64,000 nucleotides of DNA, taken from the NCBI RefSeq assembly GCF_009914755.1, contig NC_060935.1; one strand, given 5' to 3'. Both the position numbers and the translations under genes were made by a program. Below the pieces are notes generated by a model. It was not told where the DNA came from, searched no databases, and saw only the letters and a list, made by a program, of their open reading frames with translations. Positions 25,010 through 53,802 of this stretch are shown here, piece by piece (position 1 is the first letter of the stretch; each line of letters starts with the position of its first letter). Origin of the DNA: the human T2T-CHM13v2.0 reference genome, Homo sapiens.

Positions 25010-25698
25010 CTGACGCCAGCTCCCCAGGTGGGAGTGGGCCCAAACCCAGCCCCTCCTGTCCACCTCTCCAGGTCTCACTCTCTTCCTGCCATCTACAAGA
25101 GGAGAGGACCTGGCTGGGCCCCAAGCCTTGGACAAATCCTGGGAAAACCTGAGACTAGAACCCTTGTCTTCCTCTTACCCAAATTCTAGGATAGCTCTGA
25201 AGCCTGCTGGAAACTTGGTGGCATCCAACCTGCCTCATTCGGCCTGACCGGTAGAGGCAGGTGGCCTGTGGACAGAAGTAATCCTCTTTCTGCTCACCCC
25301 AGGCAGACACAACTGCCTATGTTCCCCCGATGAGAGGAAACAGGCTGAGAGAAGAAAAATGACTGCTCCAGGATTATACCACAGTGGAGAGCGGGTCACA
25401 GGACATGATGCAGGGTCCAGGTTTCTGTTTTGATCAAGTCTTACATGCCCATTCAGCTTCTAGGCCCCCCTCACCTCCCTGCCCTCATTCACAAGTGGCC
25501 CTGAGACACGTGAACACCTCCCTCCTATGCATCACAAACCTTCTCCACCGAGCTTTGGTGCTTTGGCCTCTGGCACACCTAACTAGCATTGGCAGAGGAG
25601 AGTCTACACTCTCTTCCTCATTCAGGGAAGATGCTTTAAGAAATCCTGCCTCTGTGCAGCAGAGGAGCTGGAGGCAGCTCCCCAGGCATCCCTCCCCA

Positions 25699-25704
25699 AA
25701 TAAA
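25699..25704 (+). terminator. Poly(A) signal of CARNS1
   Basis: AATAAA ~1 kb after the stop codon. Confidence 0.75.
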
Positions 25705-26146
25705 GGCTTATGTACTGGTGAAGTGTCTAGATAGGTTCTCTTGACTGGACAACTCCTCCCAGGATCAGCTAGATAGGGGGTGGGGAAGGGGGATCAAGAG
25801 ACGGGTAGGGGATACTTGTAGCATCTGGAGCTAAGGGAAAACCACCCCACTGGCCTGGTGTCTGAGTTGCCCTGGGTTGCTAGGGGCCTGCCCTACACCC
25901 ACATCAAGACCCGAACCTGGGGATCTCCTTTGGTGGAATTACAACCAGAGGGCCACATTCAACGAGATAACCCTCTGCATGCCTGGAGACCCCTGAATTC
26001 TGTCCACCTCAGTTCATACCCAACCTCCCCTATGCACATGGAAGGCACACCTAGACAGCCTCCAACAATCAGAACTCACACCCAAGGCCTGGTCTGACCC
26101 AAATTCACACCCACACATCCCCATCCAATAAGAATCCATACCCAAT

Positions 26147-27975
<1,829 letters not shown>

Positions 27976-28660
27976 TCAACAACGTTTTTTGAAGTGTCTA
28001 TTCTGTACCAGGTGCCTAAATGTGCTTAAATTAAGAAGGGAGTAAACGCCAACAAAATCCCATATTTACAGGTCTATCACTGACCCCCAAAACCCTATTT
28101 AAGGCGGGAACCTGGCAACATAGCCTGGCAGTGAGCTGGCCACTCAGTAAATGCTCCGATTTGCAGGGTCCTCGAGCCAGAGGCACTTTGAGGAGACCCT
28201 GATGCAGCCGCCTCCCTTTCTGGAGTGAACCGAAAGCAACGCGACCTGCCTTTCATCACGCAGCCGGCCTGGCAGTACCCGTCTCCAACAGGGCTGGGGA
28301 TTGCATTTACATTCACACCTGCATACACTTCCGACCCTGCTCCATCCAAACTCAAAACACCGTAGAACCAAAACGGGCTCCCAGAAAGCCTTGCTGGGAA
28401 GACCGAGGGTCCTGCGGAAAGGATTCTGCAGGCTGAAGGCTAGGCGCCTCGCCACTCTAGGACTACAATTCCCGAGAGGCCTTGCGACGGAAGCCATCTT
28501 TGTTCCCCACCAGGCTAAGCGATTTTCCGGAGGGGGAGTAAGATCCCTTGCGTCACCGGCGCGCGCAGCTGCCGTCGCGGAGAGATGATGTTTAGGTCCG
28601 GGACTGTCAGTCAGTGCGCGGCCAGGTACGGGCCGACGGGCCCGCGGGGCCGGCGCCGCC

Positions 28661-35285
<6,625 letters not shown>

Positions 35286-35498
35286 GAAGCCGGGTGGGGG
35301 TGAGGGTAGCCCTTGAGCCCTGTCCCTGCGGCTGTGAGAGCAGCAGGACCCTGGGCCAGTTCCAGAGACCTGGGGGTGTGTCTGGGGGTGGGGTGTGAGT
35401 GCGTATGAAAGTGTGTGTCTGCTGGGGCAGCTGTGCCCCTGAATCATGGGCACGGAGGGCCGCCCGCCACGCCCCGCGCTCAACTGCTCCCGTGGAAG

Positions 35499-35504
35499 AT
35501 TAAA
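35499..35504 (+). terminator. Poly(A) signal of RPS6KB2 (ATTAAA)
   Basis: Variant hexamer ~215 nt after the stop codon. Confidence 0.7.
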
Positions 35505-35641
35505 GGGCTGAATCATGGTGCTGACCTGGCTCTTTGTGCTGCATGCCTAGGGGCAGGGTTGGGTTGGATTGTGCCAGGAGGAGCCCCTGGTCCAGGAGGG
35601 AGGGGTCTCTGTAGGACCACAGGGCCACAGGCTGAAGGAGT

Positions 35642-35647
35642 TTTATT
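35642..35647 (-). terminator. Poly(A) signal of PTPRCAP
   Basis: TTTATT on + (AATAAA on -), ~200 nt past the stop codon. Confidence 0.8.
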
Positions 35648-35848
35648 TCAAATGGTTGCCTGATGCCTGTGGTTGGGGGGGGCCGTTCCCGTGGTGAGCG
35701 GGGTACACATGGACTTGGGAACTGGTAGGGGGTGACAGTCTGAGGCATGGTCATGTGGGCTGGGGGTCCAGTCCAGCCATGGCATCTTGGGAAGCAGAGG
35801 CACGGGGAGTGAGCGGCTGTGACAGGGATGGGACACCAAGACCGGCCT

Positions 35849-37735
35849 CTACAGTGCGGTGACATGGAGGCCCTGGCCCCCAGCTGCCCTGGCGCTGTCA
35901 TCCCAGGCTGCGCTGCCAGCAAAGGCGTGCAGGTCACTCAGCAGGGCCTCAGCACTGCCCCCTGCGCTCGCTGGTCCTGGGGAGCCGAGGACCAGGTCGC
36001 CCTCCGTGTCACTGTCTCTGGCTTCCTCAGCCCGCACGGGGACCTGCTCTGGGCTGGACGCCTCTCCACATTGCTGCTCGCCTTCCCCAGGGTCAGCCTG
36101 CAGGCCACCATCCGCGACGTGGTCATAGTCTGTGTCCTGCTCATCCTCCTGTCGCTCAAGGTCATTGTCTGTGGACCCCAGCTCAGCTCGGGCCTGCAGC
36201 CAGCGACCTGGGGGGCTGGCCCAGAGCAGGCGCCGCGTGCGGCCCCACAGCGCGGCACCTAGGCGGGCCGGGTGGTAGTAGCCCCCTGAGTCACGGCTGA
36301 GGCGGCGCCAGGCCAGTGCTAGGCCAGTGGCCAGCAGTAGGAGCAGCAGCAGCAGCAGGACAACGGTGACAGAGCTGGAGCCCACGCTGTCCTCCGCGCT
36401 GCCACCCGAGCCCAAGGCCCCTGGCAGGGCCAGCAGCATCCCGAGCCCTAAGGTGCAGGGCAGAGCCTGTGGGAGACAGGCAGGGGCTCAGAGGGCTCAG
36501 CACCTGGGGTGGGGCCTGGTGTGGGGCAGGCTGGGTGACCAAGACCACTTTCGTTTTTTTCTCTTTGGGATCCTCTTGGGACAGCCAAGCAGAAAAGGCC
36601 AAGGCCTTATTTGGTCAACCAGGCTCTGGCCCTGTGAGATCAGCCCCCATCCCTCCAGCCTCCTCCCTACCACTCACCTCCCCCAACAGCTGCATTAAGC
36701 CACCTGCCTGGGGCCTTCGCACTGGCTGTTCCCTCTGCCCGGAAAGCTCCACCTCCTCCCATCCTCCCCTCCCCCGGGCTGCATGGCCTGCTCACCGTGC
36801 TCAAACTTCACCCCAGTGAGGCTGAACCTGACCTTAACCTCTACCCTGATGTCTATCACTGCAGCCCACCCCAGCACCCCCCAGCACTCAGTGCCTTTTT
36901 CCTTCCATGTCACCTAACGCAGGAGATAACTGTACTCATTTTTTATGTCTATTGTCTTATCTACCCCCCACAATAAGCTGCTAGGAAACGGGGGCTTTTT
37001 GGGTCAAGCATGTTAGTAGGTGCTCAATAAGTATGGATTAAATGTGTCTAGGCTGCCTGGGTGGGTGGGAGAGGAGATGGGAGGGAGGGAAGGAGGTTGC
37101 TAGCTGGTGTCAGGGCTGGCTCTCCCTGAGGCCTGGGATGGGGGATGGAGGGGCCTGGATGCACCCAGAGGCAACTGCTCATCTTCTGCTTGGCCAGGTC
37201 CCCAAACGGGGGTCCGTGAGGCCCCTCTTCCTCCCTCCCCACCACGGGGCTGCCCCAGCGGCAGGGTTTCCGTTCCACTCCCAGTCCCTGAGGGCCACAG
37301 GCGTGCAGGGCCGGGGGCTGGGGGGGGCTGGGGGAGGCGGGCGCAGCTGCCAGAGGAAGTCTGCGGTCGGAACAGGCTAGGTGGGGGGTGTCGGGGGAGG
37401 GGTGCTGAGGTGCAGCCAGCCTCCCCCACCACCCCAGGCTGTCCGCCCAGGCTCCAGGAATGCAAGTTCCCGCTCACAGGAAGACCAGGTAAGGGCCTTC
37501 CCAGGGCTCCTGACAGGGGCCTGGTCCGGTATGGGGTGCTGGGGGCCAGGCCTGGAGTCCCAGGGAGCCCAGCTCAGGTGAGAGAAAGGTTCAGCCTCTG
37601 CCATACTCCTCTTAGGTCTCACCTCTTCCCTGGGGCCAATGTGGGGCCCTCCTTAGCTCCACAGGCCCAGACATTCTAGCCCCGACCGCCTGTGGCCCCC
37701 ATCCCAAGAACCCGGGGGGCTCCGAGGCTTACCAT
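35849..37735 (-). CDS. PTPRCAP: CD45-associated protein (LPAP), 206 aa single-pass membrane protein
   Basis: An ATG-only first coding exon at 37735-37733 (ATG|GTAAG) splices to 36466-35849. The product is MALPCTLGLGMLLALPGALG (signal peptide), a poly-Leu TM segment and an acidic tail ending HVTAL. Confidence 0.98.
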
Positions 37736-37829
37736 TGGTCCGCAGGCCCCTCCGTGCCGGGCACCCACCTCCAGCTCTGGCTGTGTCGAGCGAGAAGTGA
37801 GCTCAGTGCTCGTCTGCAGTGAAGGGTGG

Positions 37830-37850
37830 CCCAGGCTTCCGCTTCCTGCC
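37830..37850 (-). promoter_or_regulatory. Tandem ETS sites (CAGGAAGCGGAAG on -) at the PTPRCAP promoter
   Basis: CTTCCGCTTCCTG on + about 100 bp upstream of the ATG. Confidence 0.55.
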
Positions 37851-38181
37851 CACATACCCCACCTGCCCCTCCCTGCTGCAGGACCCCTGGTCCACACCAG
37901 ACCCTCCCCAGTCTCTCTGGAGGAGGCTGGGCTGCCGGGCCTGTCCTCCAAGGAAGAAGCAGCACCAACTTGAAGCTGGATGCAGCCTTGCATGTGTTCT
38001 CAGGTCTTCTGCCTCAGTTTCCCTGCCTGACAATCCAGGGGAGCAATGCCTGTGGGGCTGCTCACTGCCCCCAGACCTTCTGCACATGTGTGACTCCTGT
38101 GACATCCTCTGTCTCCAGGTTTCCAGACTTCTCAGCCCCACCCTTGCAGCAGCAGGTCAGCCTGGCTTTTAGAAAGAGAAT

Positions 38182-38187
38182 TTTATT
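38182..38187 (-). terminator. Poly(A) signal of CORO1B
   Basis: TTTATT on +, ~305 nt past the stop codon. Confidence 0.8.
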
Positions 38188-38491
38188 TGGAATGAAAATA
38201 TAGAGCCCACCCTCCCGCCTCCTCTGGGGAGGGAGCAGAGGGCTGGGCAGTGGTCGGGGAGATGGTCCCTCAGAGGTCGAGGAGCTCGCCTGGGCGTAGA
38301 CATCCTCCACAGGAACAGTGAGGAAAGCTGGGCGCTGGCTTCGGCCTGGGCCTGGGACGGGTGGGGGTGGGAACTGACCCCTGCGCTGCCTCAGAGGCTC
38401 TGGGCAGCCAGCTAGCCCGGTGCGACCCGCTGGCAGAAGCTGAGTGGGAAGGGGGCGGCGGAGGAGATGAAGGTGGCGTGTGGCTGTGGCC

Positions 38492-42768
<4,277 letters not shown>

Positions 42769-43229
42769 TCAGTCCGGCCCATCCCAACAACTCCAGCCCT
42801 CCCCAGGCTGCTGAAGGTGAGCCGGGAGGATGCAACCGGGGGCCAGGCCACCGTAACCCTCCTGGGTCTCGGTTTACCCAGTTACAGAATGGGGTCACAG
42901 GTGCAGAGCCTGGCCGCCTGTCACCCCGCAGGCAGTGATCTGAGAGGTAAATGCTCCGGCCCTGACCACTGCTGAGTCCTGAGGGGCTTTGCAGGACGCA
43001 GGGCCCCTCCCTGGCTCTGGTGTGTGTCGGGGGCAGGAGGTGGGAGGTGCCGGGGTTGGAGAGCTCTCAGCTCTACTGTAGGTCCCAGCCAGTCGGGAGC
43101 AGCCTCCTTCCTGCTCCCAGAGATTTGGAGGCTAGGTAATGGGGAAGAAGGAGAGAGGAAGCAGGAAAAGTCTCTCTACTGTGGGGCCGAGTGAGTGCCC
43201 AGTTCTGAGTCCCAGGGAATGTCCAGGGA

Positions 43230-43970
43230 GCCCCGGCATGGCCCCCAGGAAGGGACGGGGTCGGGACGCAGCTGTGGGCCGCGAAGCAACCCAGAGCGGC
43301 CTCGAATCGGGGTCCAGGGTGAACCAGGAGCCCAACTTCCAGGGACCTCCGCCCAGGAGAGGAGAGGCTGGGCGGCCAAGGGGAGTGGGACTGAGTGGGG
43401 TAGAGGGGAGGCGAAAGGCTCCTGGGACCCGCGATCCCCCCTCAGCCCCCTCAGCCCGGCCCCTGCAGCCCCGCCCAGCCCCCAGCCCGCGCCCCTAGCC
43501 CCGGCCCTGCCGCGCTCACCGGGGGCACCGGGGGCGCAGGGGGCTGCGGCACCGGCTTCGGGCGGCTCCGGATCCCGGCCTCTGGGAAGCAGGAAGCAGG
43601 ATTCAGGAAGTGACAGAGGGACCCGGAGCGGGGGCGGGGCAGGGGCTCGCGGGGGCGGGGCCGAGGTCACGCGCGGAGGGGCTGGGCGGGAGGCTGAGCG
43701 GCGCCGGGGGGCCGGGAGCGGGGCCGCCGGGGACGGGGCCAGAGAGAGCCCCTTTCCTAGGACCCGGTGGAGCGCCCCCACCGCAGCTCCTCCGGAAGAA
43801 GGGGGCGGGGCGGGGCAGGGCCGACGGCGGCCGCCGCAGAGGCGCCGCAGGTGCGGGTGCAGCCTTACAGCGGACCCGAGGCCCCTTCGCGTTCTTGCTC
43901 CTCATAATGGCATCCGCAGGAGTCTCCAGGATTGGGTGAGGCCCCGCCTTCCCGGCCCCCGACGGAACGC
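43230..43970 (-). promoter_or_regulatory. CORO1B CpG-island promoter and non-coding exon 1 (donor at 43520/43519)
   Basis: CpG-rich region with GC boxes and ETS motifs at 43584-43611; CGG|GTGAGC donor on the minus strand. Confidence 0.8.
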
Positions 43971-44076
43971 ACACCTCCAAGGGGCCCCATTACCGCCCCC
44001 AACAAATAAATGTAGAATCTACACGGACAGTGGATATGTTCACGTGACTCTTTTTAAGTTATCAAAGTTAATGCTC

Positions 44077-48290
<4,214 letters not shown>

Positions 48291-48855
48291 TTTCTTCTGG
48301 ACAGAAATCACGCATTATGGGTGGGATTCCCTTTGGGGTCCTTGGACGTGGGACTGGCCCACTCCCCAAGAGGTAGGGTTTGGAGTGTGGACCAGAGCTG
48401 AAAGCAAGTGGCTGATGCTGAGGTTTTATTTCCCAATCTGCCTGCCATGCTGAAAAGGCCCTGGGAGCCCTGCCCAGAAAAAGGGAGAAGGGCACTGCGG
48501 AGTGCCCTAATGGGGACCGAAGTCCAGGCCCTGCGCTCAGAGTGTGGACTGCAGTGGGATGGGGAGGGTGAGAACTTCCCTTGTGGAACAGGAGGCAGTG
48601 CCATGGTGGGGAGGCCTGGGGGGCAGGCGATCTGCCACTCAGGCGCTGGCCTGTGGCTCAGTATTGGTCCCAGGGCTGAGTGAGACCGGGGGGTGCCCAC
48701 TGCTGTCATCAAATTAATGGCTAACAATCACGAACACTTCATAGGGATTCACGCTCCTGCAAGATGGGTACCATTATTATGATCCTCATTTTACAGACGA
48801 GGAAACTGAGTCCCAAAGAGGCTAAGAGCTTTGTGGAAGGTCACACAGCCTGTGA

Positions 48856-50223
<1,368 letters not shown>

Positions 50224-51431
50224 GTCTTTGCCTTTGCCCTTCCTAGACCCACTGGTGCCCTGAGCTCTGTGTGCTTGGACAACTTCCTATCTGTGCACTT
50301 GGGCTCAGACAGAGGGAGGCTGTTATTCAGGCAGGATCGGGGCCCTCTGTACCTGCAGCCCCCACAAAGAATCTTGTGCAGCCCTCCACGGGAGGTGGGG
50401 AGCAGGTGGATGCTAATTGAACTTTTAAATAGAATCAGACTTTGAAGTCCCCTGCAGGCCCCCAAGGCACAGAGGCGGCCTCCTGGTCTTAGGCCACCTG
50501 GGTGTCTACGGCCCAGACAGGTCACAAGATCCCAGATGCCTGGGCCAGGTGGTGGCTCTCCCCACTGCCTCCTCTATCCATCCCCAGCCTCTAAAGGGAC
50601 ATCCTGTATGTGGATGAAGGAGAAGAAAGGCTAGTTCACCAGGCCCCTGCGTGCGCCAGGCTCTTGTAATGCCTTACACACTTTCTTATTGCATCCTCTC
50701 AACAGCTGATGACACGGGAGCTCGGAAGGTGAAGTTGCTCCTCCAGAGTCGCTCAGCTGGGACATGGCAGAGCTGGATTTGAATCCAGGCTAGGCAGCTC
50801 TTGCCTCTTCTGGCGCCTTGCTGAGGGAGGCCCTGCCCCAGCCTCAATGACTGTTGGGGGAAGGGGACTAGTGGACCAGGCTTGGCCATGCCAGGCCAGC
50901 TTGTGGTTCACCAGGGCCTTAGGCTCCTGCTTGGGGCTGGTGGCTCCTGGGAGGCCCCCTTCTCTTCAGGGACTTTTTTGTTTCACGTCCTTGTGTCCAG
51001 GCCCGGAGGAGGAGAGGGAGGGAAGGACCAAAGGGAGGTCAGGTCAAGCCCGGGGAAAGTGCCCCCTGTTGTCTTCCTCCAGCAGGACTGAGGCCCAGGG
51101 AAGAATAGTCAGCGGGGTCTGGGGTGTTGAGGGACAGTACCCCGCAAGATGCCATTAGCTGCGGTTTGGGGGCTGTCGGGCGACTGTGTGTGTGTTGGGA
51201 GCAACCACAGAAAAGGCTGATGGCCGGGAGCAGGGGTCGCTGACATGGAACTGCCTGAGACTTCTGGCTGGATTGTTTCCCCTCCCTCAAGTCCTCCTTC
51301 CAGGCCTGACGGACTCAGCAGGGTTTTTAAGGACAAAGCTGTCGGCGGCTCCCCACCTGTCTGACTGGCTGGTTCCTCTGTCTGCCCTGGGCTCTTTCAC
51401 TGCTCTGGTGGGCCTGCGTGTTCCTGGACCC

Positions 51432-52844
51432 TCACGTGGGGCCTGCGCCCGGGGCCGCCTCTGGCGGGGTGCTGCTGGGGCTTTCTCCTTCAGAGGCAGG
51501 AGGTGTGGCTGGGTCCTCAAGGGCCCCTGGGGTAGGATGCGAGGATGGGGTTGGGGAAGCTTCATCACAGGGACTGGGCACAGAACTGGCAGCAGGTGCA
51601 GGGGTCTGGACGTTAGTGTCTGCCTGTGGCTGGGCCACAGAATCTGACTGTGGCTGGGCCATGAGGTTCAGCTGTGGCTGGGCTGTGGGATCCGACTGTG
51701 GCTGGGCCGTAGGGTTCAGCTGTGGCTGAGCTGTGGGATCCGATCGTGGCTGGAGTGTGGGGTTCACCTGAGGCTGGGCCACAGGATCCATCTGTGACTG
51801 GGCCTCTGCCATCGGCTCTGGCAGAGTTGGACCCTCAGAATCTAGCTGGGTCTGTGGCTCAGTGGGCGTGAAGCTGCCTGGCCGCTCCTCGCAGAGAGCT
51901 GCCGCGAAGGACGAGAGCACGGAGCGCAGCAGGGTCCGGAGGTCGGCACTGGCCATGAGGCAGAGGAAGGGGCTGAGGCAGCTGTTGAGTAGGATCAGGT
52001 AGTCGGAGTAGACCAGGGCCTCCCAGAGCAGGTAGCCAGAGTAGACGTCCCACAGGAAGGCCAGGTAGAGCAGCTGGGCCAGCTGGTAGGGCAGCCTCAG
52101 GACCACATAGGCTGACAGAATGGTCCTGGCCACACGGGCGAAGCCCCGGCAGGCTGCGGGCTGCTGTTGGCGGTGGCAGGTGCGACAGGCTGTGGCCTGG
52201 GTGAGCACGTGGCAGACGAGCAGCAGGAGGAAAGGCAGGAAGCCCCCCAGGACCTCCAGCATCCTCAGCGACAGCTCCTCGCTGTCCCAGAAGTCCAGGC
52301 AGATGACCAGGTCGTACCACCAGACGGCAGCCTCGGGGAAGACCAGCCAGGGCACGCTGAAGAGTGTGGCCAGCACCCAGACACCGGCGCAGACCCAGAG
52401 GGGCAGGCGGACTGGGCGGTGCCCAGGGTACCAGTGTGGGCACAGCGCCAGCAGGCAGCGGTCGAGGCTGAGGGCGGCCAGCAGGAAGAGGCCGGAGGAG
52501 TAGGACACGCCCCATAGGAAGTAGTAGAAGCGGCAGGCAGCTGTCCCCAGCGGCCAGTGTCCCCCATGCCGGATCTCTAGGATCTGGAAGGCCGCTGCTG
52601 CCAGGAACAAGAAGTCAGAGAGGGCCAGGCTGAGCAGGAGCAGCGCCAGACGCGTGCCAGCTCCATGCCGGGCCTGGGAGCCGGCCAGCCACGCCATCAA
52701 CCCATTGGCTGGCAGCCCAAGGAGCAGCAGGGCCACCAGGAAGACCGTGTCCCAGCCACCTTGGGGGTAGGAGTCCTCATCATCAAGCTCTGTGCGGGGC
52801 CTGTGGCCAGTGGCACCCAGGTCAGCTTCCATGGTAGTGTCCAT
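51432..52844 (-). CDS. GPR152: Orphan class A GPCR GPR152, single coding exon, 470 aa
   Basis: ATG at 52844 (MDTTMEADLG). Seven hydrophobic segments with GLPANG (TM1), LALSDFL (TM2), SLDRC (TM3) and LNSCLSPFL (TM7), followed by a long Pro/Gln tail. Confidence 0.97.
   Translation of the reverse strand: MDTTMEADLGATGHRPRTELDDEDSYPQGGWDTVFLVALLLLGLPANGLMAWLAGSQARHGAGTRLALLLLSLALSDFLFLAAAAFQILEIRHGGHWPLGTAACRFYYFLWGVSYSSGLFLLAALSLDRCLLALCPHWYPGHRPVRLPLWVCAGVWVLATLFSVPWLVFPEAAVWWYDLVICLDFWDSEELSLRMLEVLGGFLPFLLLLVCHVLTQATACRTCHRQQQPAACRGFARVARTILSAYVVLRLPYQLAQLLYLAFLWDVYSGYLLWEALVYSDYLILLNSCLSPFLCLMASADLRTLLRSVLSSFAAALCEERPGSFTPTEPQTQLDSEGPTLPEPMAEAQSQMDPVAQPQVNPTLQPRSDPTAQPQLNPTAQPQSDPTAQPQLNLMAQPQSDSVAQPQADTNVQTPAPAASSVPSPCDEASPTPSSHPTPGALEDPATPPASEGESPSSTPPEAAPGAGPT
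51612..51803 (-). repeat. Coding 24-bp tandem repeat x8 in the GPR152 C-tail
   Basis: AQSQMDPV AQPQVNPT LQPRSDPT AQPQLNPT AQPQSDPT AQPQLNLM AQPQSDSV AQPQADTN. Confidence 0.92.
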
Positions 52845-53124
52845 TTGGGGTCCCCAGAGTCCTGCTGGACACGGAGTGGGTGCCTGGTGAATCAATGATG
52901 GTGTGAATGACCGAGTATGGGAGAGACGGTGCTGTGCATCTCCAGGCAAGTCACCATCCCTCCCTGCGCCATTGTCATCACCTTTTGAGTAATTATCCTA
53001 TGCCAAGGACTTGAAGTGGATGACCTCATGGAGTCCTCATACAATCTACTTTACAGGCGAGGACAGGAAGGTTCAGAGAATCAGTGAAGGTAGGAAGGGA
53101 GGTGCCAGGGCTCAACCCAGACTT

Positions 53125-53802
53125 TTCTTTTCTTTTCTTTTTTTTTTTTTTGAGAGACAGGGCCTTGCTCTATTGCCCAGGATGAGTGCAGTGGCACAGT
53201 CCCTGCAGCTTCCACCTCCTGGGTTCCAGCGACCCTCCCATCTCAGCCTCCCTAGTAGCTGGGACTACAGGTGTGCACCCACTACTTTTTAAATTTTTAG
53301 TAGAAACAAGGTCTCACTGTGTTGCCCAGGCTGGTCTTGAACTCGTGAGCTCAAGTGATCCTCCTACCTTGGCCTCCTGAAATGTTGAGATTACAGGCAT
53401 GAGACACTGTCCAGACAGACTTAATCTTCTGCCATGTAGAATCCCAATGGGTCCGGATAGACTAACCCGGAGGCTTTCAAACATTGTTAAAGGTATGGAA
53501 TTTTGTCTGTAAGTAAAGTATTCTAAGGCCGGGCACGGTGGCTCACACCTGTAATCCCAGCACTTTGGGAGGATCACCTGAGGTTGGGAGTTCGAGACCA
53601 GCCTGACCAACATGGAGAAACCCCATCTCTACTAAAAATACAAAATTGGCTGGCCGTGGTGGCGCATGCCTGTAATCCCAGCTACTCAGGAGAATCGCTT
53701 GAACCCGGGAGGCAGAGGTTGTGGTGAGCCAAGATCGTGCCATCGCACTCCAGCCTGAGTAACAAGAGCAAAACTCTGTCTCAAAAAAAAAAAAAAAAAA
53801 AA
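53125..53802. mobile_element. Divergent Alu pair (53125-53410 -, 53527-53802 +)
   Basis: Alu motifs; TSD-like AAAGTATTCTA flanks the second copy. Confidence 0.9.

Noticed and set aside
51612-51803. Regularly spaced repeats resembling a CRISPR-like array
   Set aside because: The units are contiguous in-frame coding repeats with no unique spacers, in a mammalian gene with no cas genes.
52845-52949. 35-aa N-terminal extension of GPR152 in the ORF track
   Set aside because: It starts at a non-ATG codon and runs through a likely splice acceptor region; the first ATG is at 52844.
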